From a candidate division FCPU426 bacterium (GTDB lineage Bacteria > Oederibacteriota > Muellerivitia > Muellerivitales > Muellerivitaceae): DNA of 64,000 nucleotides. A program made the position numbers and the translations under genes. The stretch covers positions 64,001 through 128,000 of the forward strand of contig CAVRAL010000001.1 in the NCBI GenBank assembly GCA_963719085.1, in the 5' to 3' direction. The notes under the pieces were generated by a model. That model was not told the DNA's origin, did not search any database, and saw only the letters and a program-made list of their open reading frames with translations. Below are positions 63,279 to 64,000 of this stretch, in pieces; the stretch's first letter is position 1; each line of letters starts with the position of its first letter.

Positions 63279-64000
63279 TGATTACGATTAAGTCAAAAGA
63301 CGAATTGCAGCTGATGCGAAAAAGCGGAAAAGTGGTCGGGGACGCGTTGGTTGAGTTGGGCCGGCGGATTAAGCCGGGCGTGACGACGGATGAGTTGGAC
63401 CGGTTCGCTTTTGATTTTTTTAAGAAGAATGACTGTGTTCCGGCTTTTAAGGGATATCACGGCTACCCTTCGACCATTTGTACTTCGGTCAATGACGAAG
63501 TGGTCCATGGAATTCCGGGCAAACGGGTGTTGAACGAAGGGGATGTGGTGGGGGTGGACATCGGGGCCTTCTATAAAGGCTACTGTGGTGATTCCGCCAG
63601 AACTTTCGCGGTCGGGAAAATTAGCCCGGACGCTAAAAAGCTTCTGGAAGTTACCGCGAAAGCTTTAGATAAGGGTATCGAGCAGTGCCGGGTGGGAAAC
63701 CGAATCTCGGATATCGGCCACGCGGTCCAGGAATATGTGGAGGCGTTCGGCTTTACGGTTGTCCGGGATTATGTGGGACACGGGATCGGCCAGGCCATGC
63801 ACGAGGAACCGCAGGTTCCGAATTACGGAAAGCCCCATCAGGGGCCGAAGATGGTGGAAGGGATGTGCCTGGCCTTGGAGCCGATGGTCAATATCGGTTC
63901 GGAAGAGGTTAGGGTTTTGGAAGACGGCTGGACGGTGGTGACGAAGGATGGGAAATGGTCCGCGCATTTTGAGGATACAGTGGCCATTTTGCCCGACGGC
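63278..64000 (+). CDS. map: Methionine aminopeptidase type I (3' end outside window)
   Basis: Manual translation from GTG 63278 gives MITIKSKDELQLMRKSG...CTSVNDEVVHGIP...DIG...GDSART...GHGIG..MHEEP...LEPM...SAHFE. No stop codon before the window end. Confidence 0.97.
   Translation, partial: MITIKSKDELQLMRKSGKVVGDALVELGRRIKPGVTTDELDRFAFDFFKKNDCVPAFKGYHGYPSTICTSVNDEVVHGIPGKRVLNEGDVVGVDIGAFYKGYCGDSARTFAVGKISPDAKKLLEVTAKALDKGIEQCRVGNRISDIGHAVQEYVEAFGFTVVRDYVGHGIGQAMHEEPQVPNYGKPHQGPKMVEGMCLALEPMVNIGSEEVRVLEDGWTVVTKDGKWSAHFEDTVAILPDG

Overview
A ~52-55% GC bacterial core-genome window with almost all genes on the + strand. It comes from a diderm organism (autotransporter, FtsEX-EnvC-CtpA, and RpoB/RpoC lineage insertions); the taxon cannot be assigned from sequence alone. 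Gene order: pdxJ (partial), a small pilin-like protein, recX-alaS-ruvX-mltG, ftsE-ftsX-envC-ctpA-divergent polysaccharide deacetylase, a 1,294-aa Gly-rich autotransporter, one small secreted protein on the - strand, tsaD-mgtC-like-dusB-PAP2-rsmI-M50-like-PIN/PhoH-pdxA-rsmA, glmS-yajC, an HTH-receiver regulator, pabB-pabC-folD-coaE with two GAF-GGDEF cyclases, rho-LysM/M23-rpmE-prfA-prmC, then rpoBC joined directly to the str, S10 and spc ribosomal clusters through secY-adk-map (partial). I found no rRNA, tRNA, CRISPR array, transposase, integrase or defence island, and no clear-cut new multi-gene system. The most unusual signals are small. (1) A 119-nt hairpin-bearing insert between alaS and ruvX duplicates the ruvX start (MKRWL) and forms a coupled 40-aa ORF. 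(2) A ~142-nt triple-hairpin insert with an apparent TA duplication lies between rpmC and rpsQ. (3) FtsE has nearly every ATPase motif altered. (4) uL2, uL4 and uL22 deviate in near-universal peptidyl-transferase-centre (PTC) or exit-tunnel motifs. (5) There are structured leaders upstream of rpoB, rpsL, rho and rpmE. (6) An overlapping pair of non-equivalent diguanylate cyclases is embedded in a housekeeping operon.
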